Positions 10,983 through 21,759 of a DNA stretch of 64,000 nucleotides are shown here, piece by piece. A program made the translations under genes and the position numbers. This DNA comes from Halarcobacter sp. (GTDB lineage: Bacteria > Campylobacterota > Campylobacteria > Campylobacterales > Arcobacteraceae), in the NCBI GenBank assembly GCA_048571215.1, contig CP182352.1, positions 576,001-640,000 on the forward strand, in the 5' to 3' direction. Each line of letters opens with the position of its first letter. Position 1 is the stretch's first letter. Below the pieces are notes generated by a model. The model had not been told where the DNA came from, ran no database searches, and saw only the letters and a list, made by a program, of their open reading frames with translations.

Positions 10983-12923
10983 GTGAAAAAATCTTTATTA
11001 TCGAAAAGTGTATTAGGTTGTTGTTTACTTTTAAGTCAAGCAATAAGTGCAGAAAACTATAAAAAAGTTGTTTTAGCTAGTTTTTTAATAAAAGATGAGG
11101 CTCAAGCTAAATATGATTTATTGATAGATGATATTAATAAAAAAATAGTTAAAGAGAAGGAAAAATATCCTTTTAATGTAGTAGTTAGAGAATCAGGAGC
11201 ACATTATATAATTGCAGCTGAACCTTTTAAATATGTAAAAGAAGCAAAAGAGGTTTTAAACGAATTAGAAACTTTATTTCCTACTGCTTATATCAATAAT
11301 AATGCTGAAACATTTGATGAAAACTCTTCTTCAAATACTATGGCTAAAGAAGAGAAAAAACTTGTAGTTGATAATAAAGTAGATAAAAAATTAGATCTAG
11401 TAGAAGATAAAAATAAATCTTTAAAGAATGAAACTGAAACGGAAAAAGAAGTTCCTGTTGATAATATAGATAAATATACTTTATATGATATAGTTAAAGA
11501 GATTATAACTACAGACCCAGAGATAAAAGCTAGAGTTTATCAATATAATGCAATTATGGAAGATATAAATATCTCAAAAGCTGGATACTATCCAAGTTTG
11601 GATTTATATGGTAAAGTTGGAAAGAAAAGTGTTAAGAAAGATAATACTGCAAAAGATGATTTTGATCATTCAGAAGTTACACTAAAATTAGTTCAAAATA
11701 TTTTTAATGGTTTTGGTACACAAGCAGCAGTTAACAGAGATGAAGCTAGGGCAAAAGCTGCATTTAATAAATTTAAAGAGGTTAGCCAAGATAAAATTTA
11801 TAGAGCAGTTGAAGCATATCTAAAAGTGTTAAGATATAGTGAAGTTTTAGAAATTGCAAAAGATAATGTAAAGGTTCATGAAGAAACATTACTAAAAATT
11901 CAAGATAGATATGAAAAAGGTTTTAGTACATTAAGTGAAGTTGAAAGGGTAAAGGGTAGACTTTCTCTTGCAAGATCAAACTATATTTCAGAAACAAATA
12001 ATTTATATGATGCCAAATTTAATCTACATAAAGCTTTAGGTAGACAAGTTGATGAAAAAGCTTTAATAAGACCAGAATTTAAAGCAAAATTACCTAAAAC
12101 TTTAGAACAAGCAATAGATATAGCTATACATAATAATCCATCTATTAAAGTGGCTAATGAAGATATAAATGTTGCAAAAGAGGCATTAAATTTTACAAAA
12201 AGAAACGACTATCCAACTTTAGACTTAGAACTTGCTGCTTCAAGATATAATAATTTAACAAGTAGTGCAGAAGGTAGAGAAGATGATAAAAGTGCAATGC
12301 TTGTGTTAAATTATAGTTTATATAATGGTGGTGCAGATAGTTCACAAAAACAAAAATATATAAGTTTATTAAATTATGAATATGAGAATAAAAATAAATT
12401 AAAAAGAGATGTCGTAGAATCACTTGGTTTATCTTGGGATGCATATAAGATGATAAGTAAACAATATAAATATCAAGTTGAATATAGAGATTTAACTATA
12501 AAAACAAAAAATGCATATAATGAAGAGTTTCAATTAGGAAGAAGAACACTAATTGATCTTCTAGATGTACAAGATGAAGTTAATCATATCAAAATCAATG
12601 TTATTCATAGTACTTATGATTTACTTTTTTCAAAATTTAGAATTTTAGATGCAATGGGAGACTTGGTTAGTTATTTTAAACAAGATTTCAAAGAAGATTA
12701 TAAAAAAGACACTATTAGAATATATCCAGATCAAGATGGAGATGGAATAATAGATTGTGAAGATCAATGTGATAACTCATTATCAACAACAACAAATTTT
12801 TATGGATGTGAAGATATAAATTGTATTGAGGTTGATAAGGTTGAATTTAATTCAAAATTAGAAAATAAACAATCAGAAGTTAATAAAAAAGAAGTAGAAA
12901 GTTTATGGGGGATAAATCAATAG
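10983..12923 (+). CDS. lapE: TolC-family outer membrane channel of the T1SS (LapE/AggA-like)
   Basis: TolC motifs (YYPSLDL, GRRTLIDLLD). Extra N-terminal domain and C-terminal DQDGDGIID motif. Confidence 0.88.
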   Translation: MKKSLLSKSVLGCCLLLSQAISAENYKKVVLASFLIKDEAQAKYDLLIDDINKKIVKEKEKYPFNVVVRESGAHYIIAAEPFKYVKEAKEVLNELETLFPTAYINNNAETFDENSSSNTMAKEEKKLVVDNKVDKKLDLVEDKNKSLKNETETEKEVPVDNIDKYTLYDIVKEIITTDPEIKARVYQYNAIMEDINISKAGYYPSLDLYGKVGKKSVKKDNTAKDDFDHSEVTLKLVQNIFNGFGTQAAVNRDEARAKAAFNKFKEVSQDKIYRAVEAYLKVLRYSEVLEIAKDNVKVHEETLLKIQDRYEKGFSTLSEVERVKGRLSLARSNYISETNNLYDAKFNLHKALGRQVDEKALIRPEFKAKLPKTLEQAIDIAIHNNPSIKVANEDINVAKEALNFTKRNDYPTLDLELAASRYNNLTSSAEGREDDKSAMLVLNYSLYNGGADSSQKQKYISLLNYEYENKNKLKRDVVESLGLSWDAYKMISKQYKYQVEYRDLTIKTKNAYNEEFQLGRRTLIDLLDVQDEVNHIKINVIHSTYDLLFSKFRILDAMGDLVSYFKQDFKEDYKKDTIRIYPDQDGDGIIDCEDQCDNSLSTTTNFYGCEDINCIEVDKVEFNSKLENKQSEVNKKEVESLWGINQ

Positions 12924-12933
12924 GTTAAAGTAG

Positions 12934-13572
12934 ATGAATAAATTTTATACTAATATTGTATTAATATTTTTTTTATTAAGTACAGTACTGCCATCAAAAG
13001 AGCTTTACACTGATAGTTTAATAAGAAAAATAGATGCCAAATATGGTAAATATACAGCAAACCGATTTATCTATTTAAAGAAAAAAATTGCAAAAATAAA
13101 AAATGATGATGATCTAAGAAAATTAAAAGCAATAAATGATTTTTTTAATAAAGTAAAATATTCATCTGATAAAAAAATTTGGAATAAAAAAGATTATTGG
13201 GCAACACCTTTTGAGTTATTAGTTAAAGATAAAGGTGATAGTGAAGATTTTGTTTTTGCAAAATATTTCACTTTGGTAAATGATTTAAAAATGGATGAAG
13301 ATAAGTTTTTATTTACTTATGTAAAGTTAAAAAATAAAAATATTTCATATATGGTATTAACATATTATGAGACTAAAAAATCAATACCTTATATTTTGGA
13401 TTCAATAAACTATAAAGTTCTTCCAGCAACCAAAAGACCAGATATAATTCCTATTTATAGTTTTAGTGCAAAGAGTGCTGGTCTAAATCTGGATAAAAAA
13501 AATAAGTTTAAAGCAACTCAAAGTTTGAAGTTTAGAGTATTGTTAAGAAACATCAATGGGGAAAAGATATGA
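12934..13572 (+). CDS. lapG: LapG-like BTLCP transglutaminase-fold protease, catalytic residues substituted
   Basis: DYWATP..GDSEDF..AKY..L and MVLTYY...P.ILD motifs; adjacent to lapD. Confidence 0.88.
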   Translation: MNKFYTNIVLIFFLLSTVLPSKELYTDSLIRKIDAKYGKYTANRFIYLKKKIAKIKNDDDLRKLKAINDFFNKVKYSSDKKIWNKKDYWATPFELLVKDKGDSEDFVFAKYFTLVNDLKMDEDKFLFTYVKLKNKNISYMVLTYYETKKSIPYILDSINYKVLPATKRPDIIPIYSFSAKSAGLNLDKKNKFKATQSLKFRVLLRNINGEKI

Positions 13573-15491
13573 GTTTATATAGACAAATAATGGGACTAAT
13601 TACAGTTTTTTTGTTGATAACAATGGGTGTGGTATTGTGGTTTGTTTTAAACTACAATAAAGAGTCATTGGAGGAACAATTAGGTTCAAATGCAAAAAAT
13701 AGTGCAAATTTTTTAGGTTTATCTATTAGTAAAAATGTTGACATTGATGATATCGCAACTATTGATGGTATGATATCTTCTGTTGTAGATAATGGGTTTT
13801 ATGAATATATAACACTTTATGATAATGATGAAAATATAATAATAAAAAAAGAATCTCCTAAGCAAGGGATTGATGTTCCTAGTTGGTTCACTGATTTAGT
13901 TAATATCGATGCTCTTCAATCTAGCTCAAATATAATGAATGGTTGGTCAAAGAAAGGTATTCTAGAAGTAAAAGTTGATCAAGACTTTGCAAACAATCAA
14001 ATGTGGTTGACATTTTTATCTTTGGTGAAAATTTTTATAATTGCCTTTGTAGTTTTATGGATATTTTTATATCTATTTTTAAGTAACTTATTAAAGCCTT
14101 TAAAGAAGTTAAGCTTACAAGCAAAAGCAATAGATAATAATGAATTTATTATAGAAAAAAAACTTCCAAATACAATTGAGTTTAAAAATGTTGTATTAGC
14201 AATGAATAAAACTATTAATAAAATGGAAAATATTTTTAACAAAGAGGTGGAAACTTTAAATAAATACAATGAGTTATTGTATAAGGATAAGGATACAAAT
14301 TTAGGAAATAAAAACTACCTTTTATTGAAACTAAATTTATATCTAAAAAACTCTCATGGAGTTTTAGTATTTATAGAGATTAAAGATGAAGTATCTTTTA
14401 AGAAAAAAGTTGGATTTAAAAACTATATGGCTTTAAAAAGATATATAATTGATTTAGTTAGTGAGGCTTTTCAAGGAAGAGATTTTGTTTTTTCAAAACT
14501 TGATGATGGAGTATTAGCTTTACTTTTGCCAAATAAACACTATGAAGATATTGAAGAAAAACTTGTAGAGATAGAGAAAAACATTGCAAAATATATTGAA
14601 GAGAATTCGATAAAAGAGTTGTTTGATATAAAATATGCAATTGGTGCTTCAAACTATAACCAAAATAGTTCAGTATCAGAAATCTTATCAAAAACAGATC
14701 AAGCCTTATTAAAAGCAATGAAAGATGAAAAAAGCAATATCAGCTATTTAGAAGAGAATGTTATTTTTACAAAGCAAGGCTGGATTGAATTACTAGAGTG
14801 GGCATTTGCAAATGGTGGAATTAATTTTATTAAGCAAAAGATTATTAATACAAATGAGAAAAAAGTTTCACTTCATGAATATTTTGTTAGATTAATAGAT
14901 AAAGATGGTATAGTTTATGCCCCAGGAGATTTTTTATCGATTGTAGATAGTATGGGGTGGATGCCTAAGTTAGAAAAAAATGTATTTTTGAAGATTTTTA
15001 ATGAAGTTTATGAAGGTGTAGAAGGTGGAAAGTTTGCAATAAATATTTCACTAGATTTTATAAAAAACAAAAAAAACATAGATTGGTTAGTTGATGAATT
15101 GAATAGTAAATTTAGCAATAGTAACAAAATCTTTTATTTTGAATGTTTAAATGCAGATATAATATCTAATATAGATAGTTATAGTTATTTTGCTAATAAA
15201 ATAAATACTACAAAACATAAAATTGCAATTGAAAGTTTCACTTTTGACAATGAAGATTTACAATATCTAAAAATAATTAAACCAGCATATATAAAGATTT
15301 CTAAATCATATTTAGTAGGAGAAAGCAATAGTTGTGGTACATTAGTTAATATATCATCAACTATTGGTGCCTTTGTTATTGCAAAACATGTTGAAACAGA
15401 AAAAGAATATGAAAGTTTAATCAATAATGGTATCTCATATCTTCAAGGTAAATTTATAGATAAAGAGTTTAAAACAATAGATGAAAAATAA
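13569..15491 (+). CDS. lapD: LapD/MoxY-like c-di-GMP receptor (periplasmic-HAMP-degenerate GGDEF/EAL)
   Basis: MSLYRQ N-terminus, VPSWF and NGW periplasmic motifs, HAMP, degenerate GGDEF (KLDDG) and EAL (EYF). Confidence 0.88.
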   Translation: MSLYRQIMGLITVFLLITMGVVLWFVLNYNKESLEEQLGSNAKNSANFLGLSISKNVDIDDIATIDGMISSVVDNGFYEYITLYDNDENIIIKKESPKQGIDVPSWFTDLVNIDALQSSSNIMNGWSKKGILEVKVDQDFANNQMWLTFLSLVKIFIIAFVVLWIFLYLFLSNLLKPLKKLSLQAKAIDNNEFIIEKKLPNTIEFKNVVLAMNKTINKMENIFNKEVETLNKYNELLYKDKDTNLGNKNYLLLKLNLYLKNSHGVLVFIEIKDEVSFKKKVGFKNYMALKRYIIDLVSEAFQGRDFVFSKLDDGVLALLLPNKHYEDIEEKLVEIEKNIAKYIEENSIKELFDIKYAIGASNYNQNSSVSEILSKTDQALLKAMKDEKSNISYLEENVIFTKQGWIELLEWAFANGGINFIKQKIINTNEKKVSLHEYFVRLIDKDGIVYAPGDFLSIVDSMGWMPKLEKNVFLKIFNEVYEGVEGGKFAINISLDFIKNKKNIDWLVDELNSKFSNSNKIFYFECLNADIISNIDSYSYFANKINTTKHKIAIESFTFDNEDLQYLKIIKPAYIKISKSYLVGESNSCGTLVNISSTIGAFVIAKHVETEKEYESLINNGISYLQGKFIDKEFKTIDEK

Positions 15492-17631
15492 TGATAATTT
15501 ACTATCAAAGTCTTTATTTGATAACTTATTATATTTTGTAAAACACTATCATAAGAGTATTAGTGCAAATACACTATTGGAAGGTTTTCCATTAAAAGAT
15601 AATGAACAAATACCTAATATGTTATCTTTTTATAATGGGGAGCCAGTTTTTGTTTTGGTAGCTAAAAAAGCTGGTTTTAAATCAAAATTAAGTTTAAAAA
15701 AATTTGAAGAGATAAATTCTTTATTGCTTCCTGCAATTCTAATATTAAATGATAATAGTAGTTGTATATTAGAAGATATTAATTATAAAACAAATAAGGC
15801 AATAATACTCCATAATGAATTAGAACAAACCCATGAAGAGATAGATATAGATAAGCTAAAAAATTTATATTCTGGGAAAATGTTTTTACTAAAAAAAGAG
15901 TATTTTGAAAAAGAGGATAGGGATAAGCTTCTTGATAGTGTAGATAAACATTGGTTTTGGGGAACAATAAAAGATAATATAAATATATATAGAGATGTAA
16001 TTATAAGTTCAATCTTGATTAATATATTTGTGTTAGCTACACCATTTTTTGTTATGAATATATATGATAGGGTTGTTCCAAATTATGCAATTGAAACTTT
16101 GTGGGCACTTAGTATTGGTATTGGTATTATCTATTTATTTGATTTTGTTACCAAGTTTATTAGAGCCTATTATATTGATTTGGCATCAAAAAAGATTGAT
16201 ATTATTATCTCTTCAAAACTTTTTGATAAAATACTAAATATAAAACTTATACATAGACCTAAATCAATTGGAGCTTTTGCAAACAATATCAAAGATTTTG
16301 AATTGATAAAAAACTTTTTTTCAAGTTCTACTGTTGCAGTTTTAGTTGACCTTCCTTTTTCAATACTATTTTTAATTGCAATACTTTATATATCAGGTCT
16401 TATAGTAATTGTACCTATAATATTTATATTTCTTATTTTGTTGTATTCGTTTTTTTTAAGAAAACCTCTTCAAAAGAGTATAGAAGTAGCAAATCATTCC
16501 ATAGCTCAAAAGAATGGTATTTTAATAGAGAGTTTAAATGCCTTGGAAACAATAAAAAGTTTAGGTTCTACAGGGCATCTTAGATGGAAGTGGGAAGAGA
16601 GTACTGCTGATATATCTAAAAAATCTATACTAACTAAAATATTAACTACTTCAATAGCAAATGTAAATGGTTTTTTTGTACAGATAAATACAATTTGTGT
16701 TGTAATATTTGGTGTTTATGCTATTGCTGATAAAAGTCTATCTTTAGGTGGATTAATAGCTGCTGTAATTTTATCTTCGAGGGCAATTGTTCCTATGGGA
16801 CAATTTGCCTCTTTATTAAGTAACTATGAACAAGCAAGTACTTCATATAAAATGTTAGAAAATATAATGAATATTCCAGAAGAGAGAGAAAAAAATAAAT
16901 CAGCTATACATAAAGAGTTGATTCAAGGAAATATTGAATTTAAAGATGTTTATTTTGATTATGGTGCAGACAAAAAAGTTTTACAAAAAGTTTCATTTAA
17001 AATAAATCATGGTGATAAGGTTGCAATTATAGGGAAAATTGGTTCTGGTAAATCAACAATTTTAAAATTAATAATGAAATTATTTGAATCAAGTGAAGGA
17101 GAGATTATAGTTGATGGTATTGAAATAAATCAAATAGAACCATCAGATATAAGGAAAAATTTTGCATACGTTTCTCAAGATACTATTCTTTTAAATGGTA
17201 CTTTAAAAGAGAATATATTATATAAACATCCATATGAAAGTGATGAAACACTAATTAAAGCTGCAACGATAACTCAGTTACTTGATTATGTAAATTCACA
17301 TCCTCGTGGTTTTGATATGGAAGTTGGAGAAAGAGGTGATACACTTTCAGGAGGACAAAAAAAAGCCATCTCCTTAGCAAGAGCATTAGTAGGTGAGTAT
17401 ACTACGCTTCTGTTAGATGAACCAACTGATAGTATGGATAGTAATACGGAGAAAAATTTAATAAAAACATTAAAAGATGAATTAGAAAATAAAACAGTAT
17501 TATTGGTAACTCACAAACACACAATGTTAGACTTAGTAAATAAAATAATAGTTGTTGATAATGGCAAAATAGTCCTAGCAGGTGAAAAACAATATGTTTT
17601 AGATAGTTTGTCAAAGGGAATAAATGCATAA
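15481..17631 (+). CDS. lapB: Type I secretion ABC permease/ATPase (LapB/HlyB family)
   Basis: C39-like N-terminus, HWFW, YDRVVPN, Walker A GKIGSGKS, LSGGQ, LLLDEPT. Confidence 0.95.
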   Translation: MKNNDNLLSKSLFDNLLYFVKHYHKSISANTLLEGFPLKDNEQIPNMLSFYNGEPVFVLVAKKAGFKSKLSLKKFEEINSLLLPAILILNDNSSCILEDINYKTNKAIILHNELEQTHEEIDIDKLKNLYSGKMFLLKKEYFEKEDRDKLLDSVDKHWFWGTIKDNINIYRDVIISSILINIFVLATPFFVMNIYDRVVPNYAIETLWALSIGIGIIYLFDFVTKFIRAYYIDLASKKIDIIISSKLFDKILNIKLIHRPKSIGAFANNIKDFELIKNFFSSSTVAVLVDLPFSILFLIAILYISGLIVIVPIIFIFLILLYSFFLRKPLQKSIEVANHSIAQKNGILIESLNALETIKSLGSTGHLRWKWEESTADISKKSILTKILTTSIANVNGFFVQINTICVVIFGVYAIADKSLSLGGLIAAVILSSRAIVPMGQFASLLSNYEQASTSYKMLENIMNIPEEREKNKSAIHKELIQGNIEFKDVYFDYGADKKVLQKVSFKINHGDKVAIIGKIGSGKSTILKLIMKLFESSEGEIIVDGIEINQIEPSDIRKNFAYVSQDTILLNGTLKENILYKHPYESDETLIKAATITQLLDYVNSHPRGFDMEVGERGDTLSGGQKKAISLARALVGEYTTLLLDEPTDSMDSNTEKNLIKTLKDELENKTVLLVTHKHTMLDLVNKIIVVDNGKIVLAGEKQYVLDSLSKGINA

Positions 17632-18937
17632 TTCAAAAAAAGAATCTTCTGATTATGAATATATTAATTCTGTTTCTCAGGCTTTAATAGATAATACTCC
17701 AAGTAGTACAAAAGTTATTTTATATATTATTGGATTATTAATTGTTGTTTTTTTTCTTTGGGCTTGGCTTACAAATGTAGATCAACTTGTAAGAGGGGAG
17801 TTTAAAGTAGTTCCTTATGGTCAAAATAAAATTATACAAAACTATGAAGGTGGTATAGTTTCAAAAATATATATAGAAGAGGGACAGCTTGTAAAAAAAG
17901 GTGATATTTTACTAAAACTTGAAAATAAACAATACTCTTCAACTTATGAAAAAAATGTTCTAGAAATAGATTCTTTAAAAGCAAAAAGAGATAGACTTTT
18001 TGCAGAAGCTAATGATAAAGAGTTTGTTATTAAAAAAAATAACGATTTATATGAAAAAGAGTACCAGTTATATAAAAGTGATAAAGATCAACTTCAATCA
18101 AAACTAAATGTTTTAGATGAACAAATTAATCAAAAACAAAAAGAGTATAATGAGATAAAGTCAAAAGTGTTTCATCTTAAACAAAACTTTGGTTTAATGA
18201 AACAAGAAAAAGATGTGATGGAACCTTTAGTAAAAAAAGGAATAGTTTCAAAGGTTGAATTTTTGCAATTATTAAGAGAAGCTACATCTTTAAAAGAGGA
18301 TTTAGAATCAACAAGGCTATCATTAAAAAGGATTAAATCATCAATAGATGAGTATAAAAACCGATATAAAGAAGCAAAGTTAGAGTTTCAAAATGAGGCA
18401 CATAAAGAGTATAGTGAGATTGTATCTAAAATTAAACAATTTAGCACACAAAACCAAGGATTAAAAGACCAAGTTAAAAGAACAGAAGTTATTTCTCCTG
18501 TGAATGGATATATTAAAAAGCTATACGTAAATACAATTGGTGGAAGTGTTAAACCGGGTATGGATTTATTAGAGATTGTCCCAAATGATAAAAAACTTTT
18601 ACTTGAAGCAAAAATAAAACCAGAAGATATTGCTTTTTTACATAATGAACAAAAAGTTACTTTGAAATTTACTGCATATGATTTTGCTATATATGGTTCT
18701 TTAAGTGGTCATATAGAAAAGATTGCACCTGATTCTGTAACTGATAAAGAGAATAAGACATATTATTTAGTATATATTAGAACTGATAAAAGTTATTTAG
18801 GTAATGAAAAAAAACCACTTACTATAATACCTGGTATGAGAGGAAGTGCAGATATAATTACTGGGAAAAGAAATATTTTAACATATTTATTAAAACCTAT
18901 TATAAAAACAAAACAATATGCATTTAGTGAGAAATAA
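17624..18937 (+). CDS. lapC: Type I secretion membrane fusion protein (LapC/HlyD)
   Basis: IQNYEGGIV, coiled coil, SPVNG, PGM..ADIITG.R..L.YLLKP. Confidence 0.95.
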   Translation: MHNSKKESSDYEYINSVSQALIDNTPSSTKVILYIIGLLIVVFFLWAWLTNVDQLVRGEFKVVPYGQNKIIQNYEGGIVSKIYIEEGQLVKKGDILLKLENKQYSSTYEKNVLEIDSLKAKRDRLFAEANDKEFVIKKNNDLYEKEYQLYKSDKDQLQSKLNVLDEQINQKQKEYNEIKSKVFHLKQNFGLMKQEKDVMEPLVKKGIVSKVEFLQLLREATSLKEDLESTRLSLKRIKSSIDEYKNRYKEAKLEFQNEAHKEYSEIVSKIKQFSTQNQGLKDQVKRTEVISPVNGYIKKLYVNTIGGSVKPGMDLLEIVPNDKKLLLEAKIKPEDIAFLHNEQKVTLKFTAYDFAIYGSLSGHIEKIAPDSVTDKENKTYYLVYIRTDKSYLGNEKKPLTIIPGMRGSADIITGKRNILTYLLKPIIKTKQYAFSEK

Positions 18938-19533
18938 TGAGAATTATATTTATTTCACCAAACACAATTTTACATCAACATTGGGACAAATCAATTAATC
19001 AAAACTCTAAATTGCATTATTTATATTCAAAAAATGAGTTGGAAATTTTTGAATTTTTCGATGATGATATTGTATTATTTGATTATGATAATATGTATGA
19101 ATATTTAACTATGGTATTAAAATCAAGAGTTATATGTTTAAGTTCAAACCTAGATGAGTTTAAAGGATATAAACTTTTAAAAATGGGAATTAAAGCATAT
19201 GGAAATAGTTATATGACACCTTTTAATCTTAAAAATGTCATAAATACTGTAAATGAAGGAAAAGTTTGGATATATGCAGAACTTATGAGTTTTATAATCA
19301 ATAATACAACAATTGATACAGAAAATAAAAAAGATTTAAAAATAGATTTATTAACACAAAGAGAATTAGGTGTTGTAAAAGAGCTTTCAAAAGGTCTAAC
19401 TAATAAACAAATCGCAGATAATTTAAATATATCTGAACGTACAGTAAAAGCACATATCTCTTCTTCTTATAGAAAACTAGAACTAAACGATAGAGTTAGC
19501 TTAGGAATATTAATTAAAGAGCATTTTAACTAA
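18937..19533 (+). CDS. LuxR/NarL-type regulator with degenerate receiver domain
   Basis: C-terminal LTQRE...GLTNKQIA..LNISERTVKAH HTH. Confidence 0.88.
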   Translation: MRIIFISPNTILHQHWDKSINQNSKLHYLYSKNELEIFEFFDDDIVLFDYDNMYEYLTMVLKSRVICLSSNLDEFKGYKLLKMGIKAYGNSYMTPFNLKNVINTVNEGKVWIYAELMSFIINNTTIDTENKKDLKIDLLTQRELGVVKELSKGLTNKQIADNLNISERTVKAHISSSYRKLELNDRVSLGILIKEHFN

Positions 19534-19588
19534 ATTAATATAACTTACGTGTCGAAGTTTTACTTTATTAAAAAAGTTAATTCTAAAA

Positions 19589-20197
19589 CTATACTTTATA
19601 TGCACTCATAAATACATCAACAGCTCTTACAACCATCTTATCCATCTCTTTTTTTGAAAACTCAATATCAATATTAAACAAAAATGGGTGTATCAATTCT
19701 GATTCTAAAAGTGCATATAGATGCTTTGTCGCAATAGTGGTATCTGTTTTTTTAAGTTTTTTCTCTTTTATTGCTTTTTCTAAATAATTAGAAATAACAA
19801 CTTGACTTTTTTTGACTCTGTTATTGTAAGTAATTTTTCCTAAGTCTGTTATTCCTGATTGGCTTATTGTTAGCCTTCTTAGCTCTTTTAATTTTGGTGA
19901 GTATAAAAAAGCAAGATATCTTTTACCAAATTCACACAGTTGGGTATGTACATTTGTTACCTTGCTATTTTTATCAATAGGTTCATGAACAAGCTCAAAT
20001 TCACCAGCATTTGATATAGATATTACTTCAAAGAAAAGCTCTTCTTTTGAGGAGAAATAGTTATATAGTGTTGTTTTAGAACCCCCGACTCGTGCACAAA
20101 TTTTTGACATTGAAGCTCTTTCAAATCCATATTCTTTGAAAACTTCAGTTGCTGCTTGAATTATTGATTGTCTTTTTATTTCTGTTTTTCTTCTCAT
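19589..20197 (-). CDS. TetR/AcrR-family repressor of the efflux operon
   Basis: N-terminal HTH GF..ASM..I...GGSKTTLYNYFSSKEELF; divergent from the efflux genes. Confidence 0.93.
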   Translation of the reverse strand: MRRKTEIKRQSIIQAATEVFKEYGFERASMSKICARVGGSKTTLYNYFSSKEELFFEVISISNAGEFELVHEPIDKNSKVTNVHTQLCEFGKRYLAFLYSPKLKELRRLTISQSGITDLGKITYNNRVKKSQVVISNYLEKAIKEKKLKKTDTTIATKHLYALLESELIHPFLFNIDIEFSKKEMDKMVVRAVDVFMSAYKV

Positions 20198-20264
20198 TAA
20201 AGTTTCTTTTCAACTAAATATTTTAAAGAGATATTAACATTTAAAAAGATAATATTCCTTTAAA

Positions 20265-20285
20265 TGTACAGTACAGTACAGTACA
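20265..20285. promoter_or_regulatory. Putative TetR operator, T(GTACA)4
   Basis: TGTACAGTACAGTACAGTACA with palindromic TGTAC/GTACA ends, 20 nt upstream of the efflux operon. Confidence 0.6.
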
Positions 20286-20304
20286 ATTTTAAAGAAAGGT
20301 ATAA

Positions 20305-21759
20305 ATGAATACTATTAAAACTATAATTTCTTTTACTATTTTAGCTTTATTGATGGCTGGATGTATACCGCTTCCTGCAAAAAAAGAATTATATAATGCA
20401 AATTCAATATCACAATATAAAGAATCACTCTCAAGTAAAAATAATATTTCATGGCCAAAAGAATCATGGTGGAAAGTTTATGGTGATAAGCAACTAAATT
20501 TGTTGATAAGTGAGGCATTAAAAGATTCACCAAATATGATTTCTGCAATGGCAAGGTTAAATGAAGCAGATGCTTATACTCAAGTTATAAAATCAACAAA
20601 TCTACCACAAATAAGTGCAAATGCACAAGTAACAAAAGAGAAACATAGTTATAACTACATTACACCACCATCTGTTACTCCAAAAGGTTGGAATGATTAT
20701 GGACAAGCAACGTTGAACTTTTCTTGGGAGTTAGATTTTTGGGGTAAAAATCGTGCAACTATAGCTGCTAGTATCTCAAATGTAGAAGCTATGAAAGCAG
20801 AACTTGCACAAACAAGATTGACCCTTTCTAGTGCAATAGCAAGCAATTATGCCCAATTGGCACGGCTTTATGCCAATATGGATGAATTAAAAGAGTATTT
20901 AATAGTTCAAAATAAATTATTGGTATTGTTAAATCAAAGATATGAAAATGGACTTGAAAACAAATCAACAGTCGATGATGCAAAAAGTTTATTAGCGAAT
21001 ACACAAGGGGATGTTTTATCATTGGATGAACAAATCTCTTTACAAAAAAATAAAATAGCAGCACTAATGGGTGCAGGACCCAATAGAGCTCTTAAAATAA
21101 CTCGTCCAACAATTGATTTTTATCAAATTAGATTTGGCTTACCCGATGACTTAGCAGTTAATTTGTTGGGAAGACGACCAGACATAATGGCTGCTAGGAT
21201 GCAAGTAGAATCAAAAGAGTATTTAATCAAAGAGAAAAAAGCTGAGTTTTATCCTAATATAAATCTTTCAGCTTTTATTGGGTTGCAATCTTTAGGATTG
21301 AATCTACTTAATGAAAAAGATTCATATATGGGTTCAGTAGGTCCTGCTATCTCCTTGCCTATTTTCTCAGCAGGAAGATTAAAAGGTGATTTGCGTAGAA
21401 ATATAAGTATATATGAGCAAGCAGTTGCAAACTATAATCAAACTATAACTCAAGCTTTAAAAGAGGTTGCAGATGCGGGGACTAGTCAAAAATCATTGAC
21501 AAAACAGATTTCAAGGTCTTTAGAAGCACTAAACTCTTCAAAAGAAGCTTATGAGATAAAAACAAAGCGTTATGAAGGTGGACTTAGTAATTATTTAGAA
21601 GTCTTATATTCACAAGAAAATCTTATAAATGCAAAAAGAAATTTTATAAATCAAAAAAGTAGAGCGCTTACTTTAGATATAGCACTTAAGTATGCACTTG
21701 GGGGCGGATATAATCAAAAATTGCCTATGAATGAAAAAGGAAACAATAGTGGAAAATAA
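20305..21759 (+). CDS. NodT-family efflux outer membrane lipoprotein
   Basis: Lipobox MAGC, WW..YGD.QL, WELDFWG, LLGRRPDI, ALGGG. Confidence 0.93.
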   Translation: MNTIKTIISFTILALLMAGCIPLPAKKELYNANSISQYKESLSSKNNISWPKESWWKVYGDKQLNLLISEALKDSPNMISAMARLNEADAYTQVIKSTNLPQISANAQVTKEKHSYNYITPPSVTPKGWNDYGQATLNFSWELDFWGKNRATIAASISNVEAMKAELAQTRLTLSSAIASNYAQLARLYANMDELKEYLIVQNKLLVLLNQRYENGLENKSTVDDAKSLLANTQGDVLSLDEQISLQKNKIAALMGAGPNRALKITRPTIDFYQIRFGLPDDLAVNLLGRRPDIMAARMQVESKEYLIKEKKAEFYPNINLSAFIGLQSLGLNLLNEKDSYMGSVGPAISLPIFSAGRLKGDLRRNISIYEQAVANYNQTITQALKEVADAGTSQKSLTKQISRSLEALNSSKEAYEIKTKRYEGGLSNYLEVLYSQENLINAKRNFINQKSRALTLDIALKYALGGGYNQKLPMNEKGNNSGK

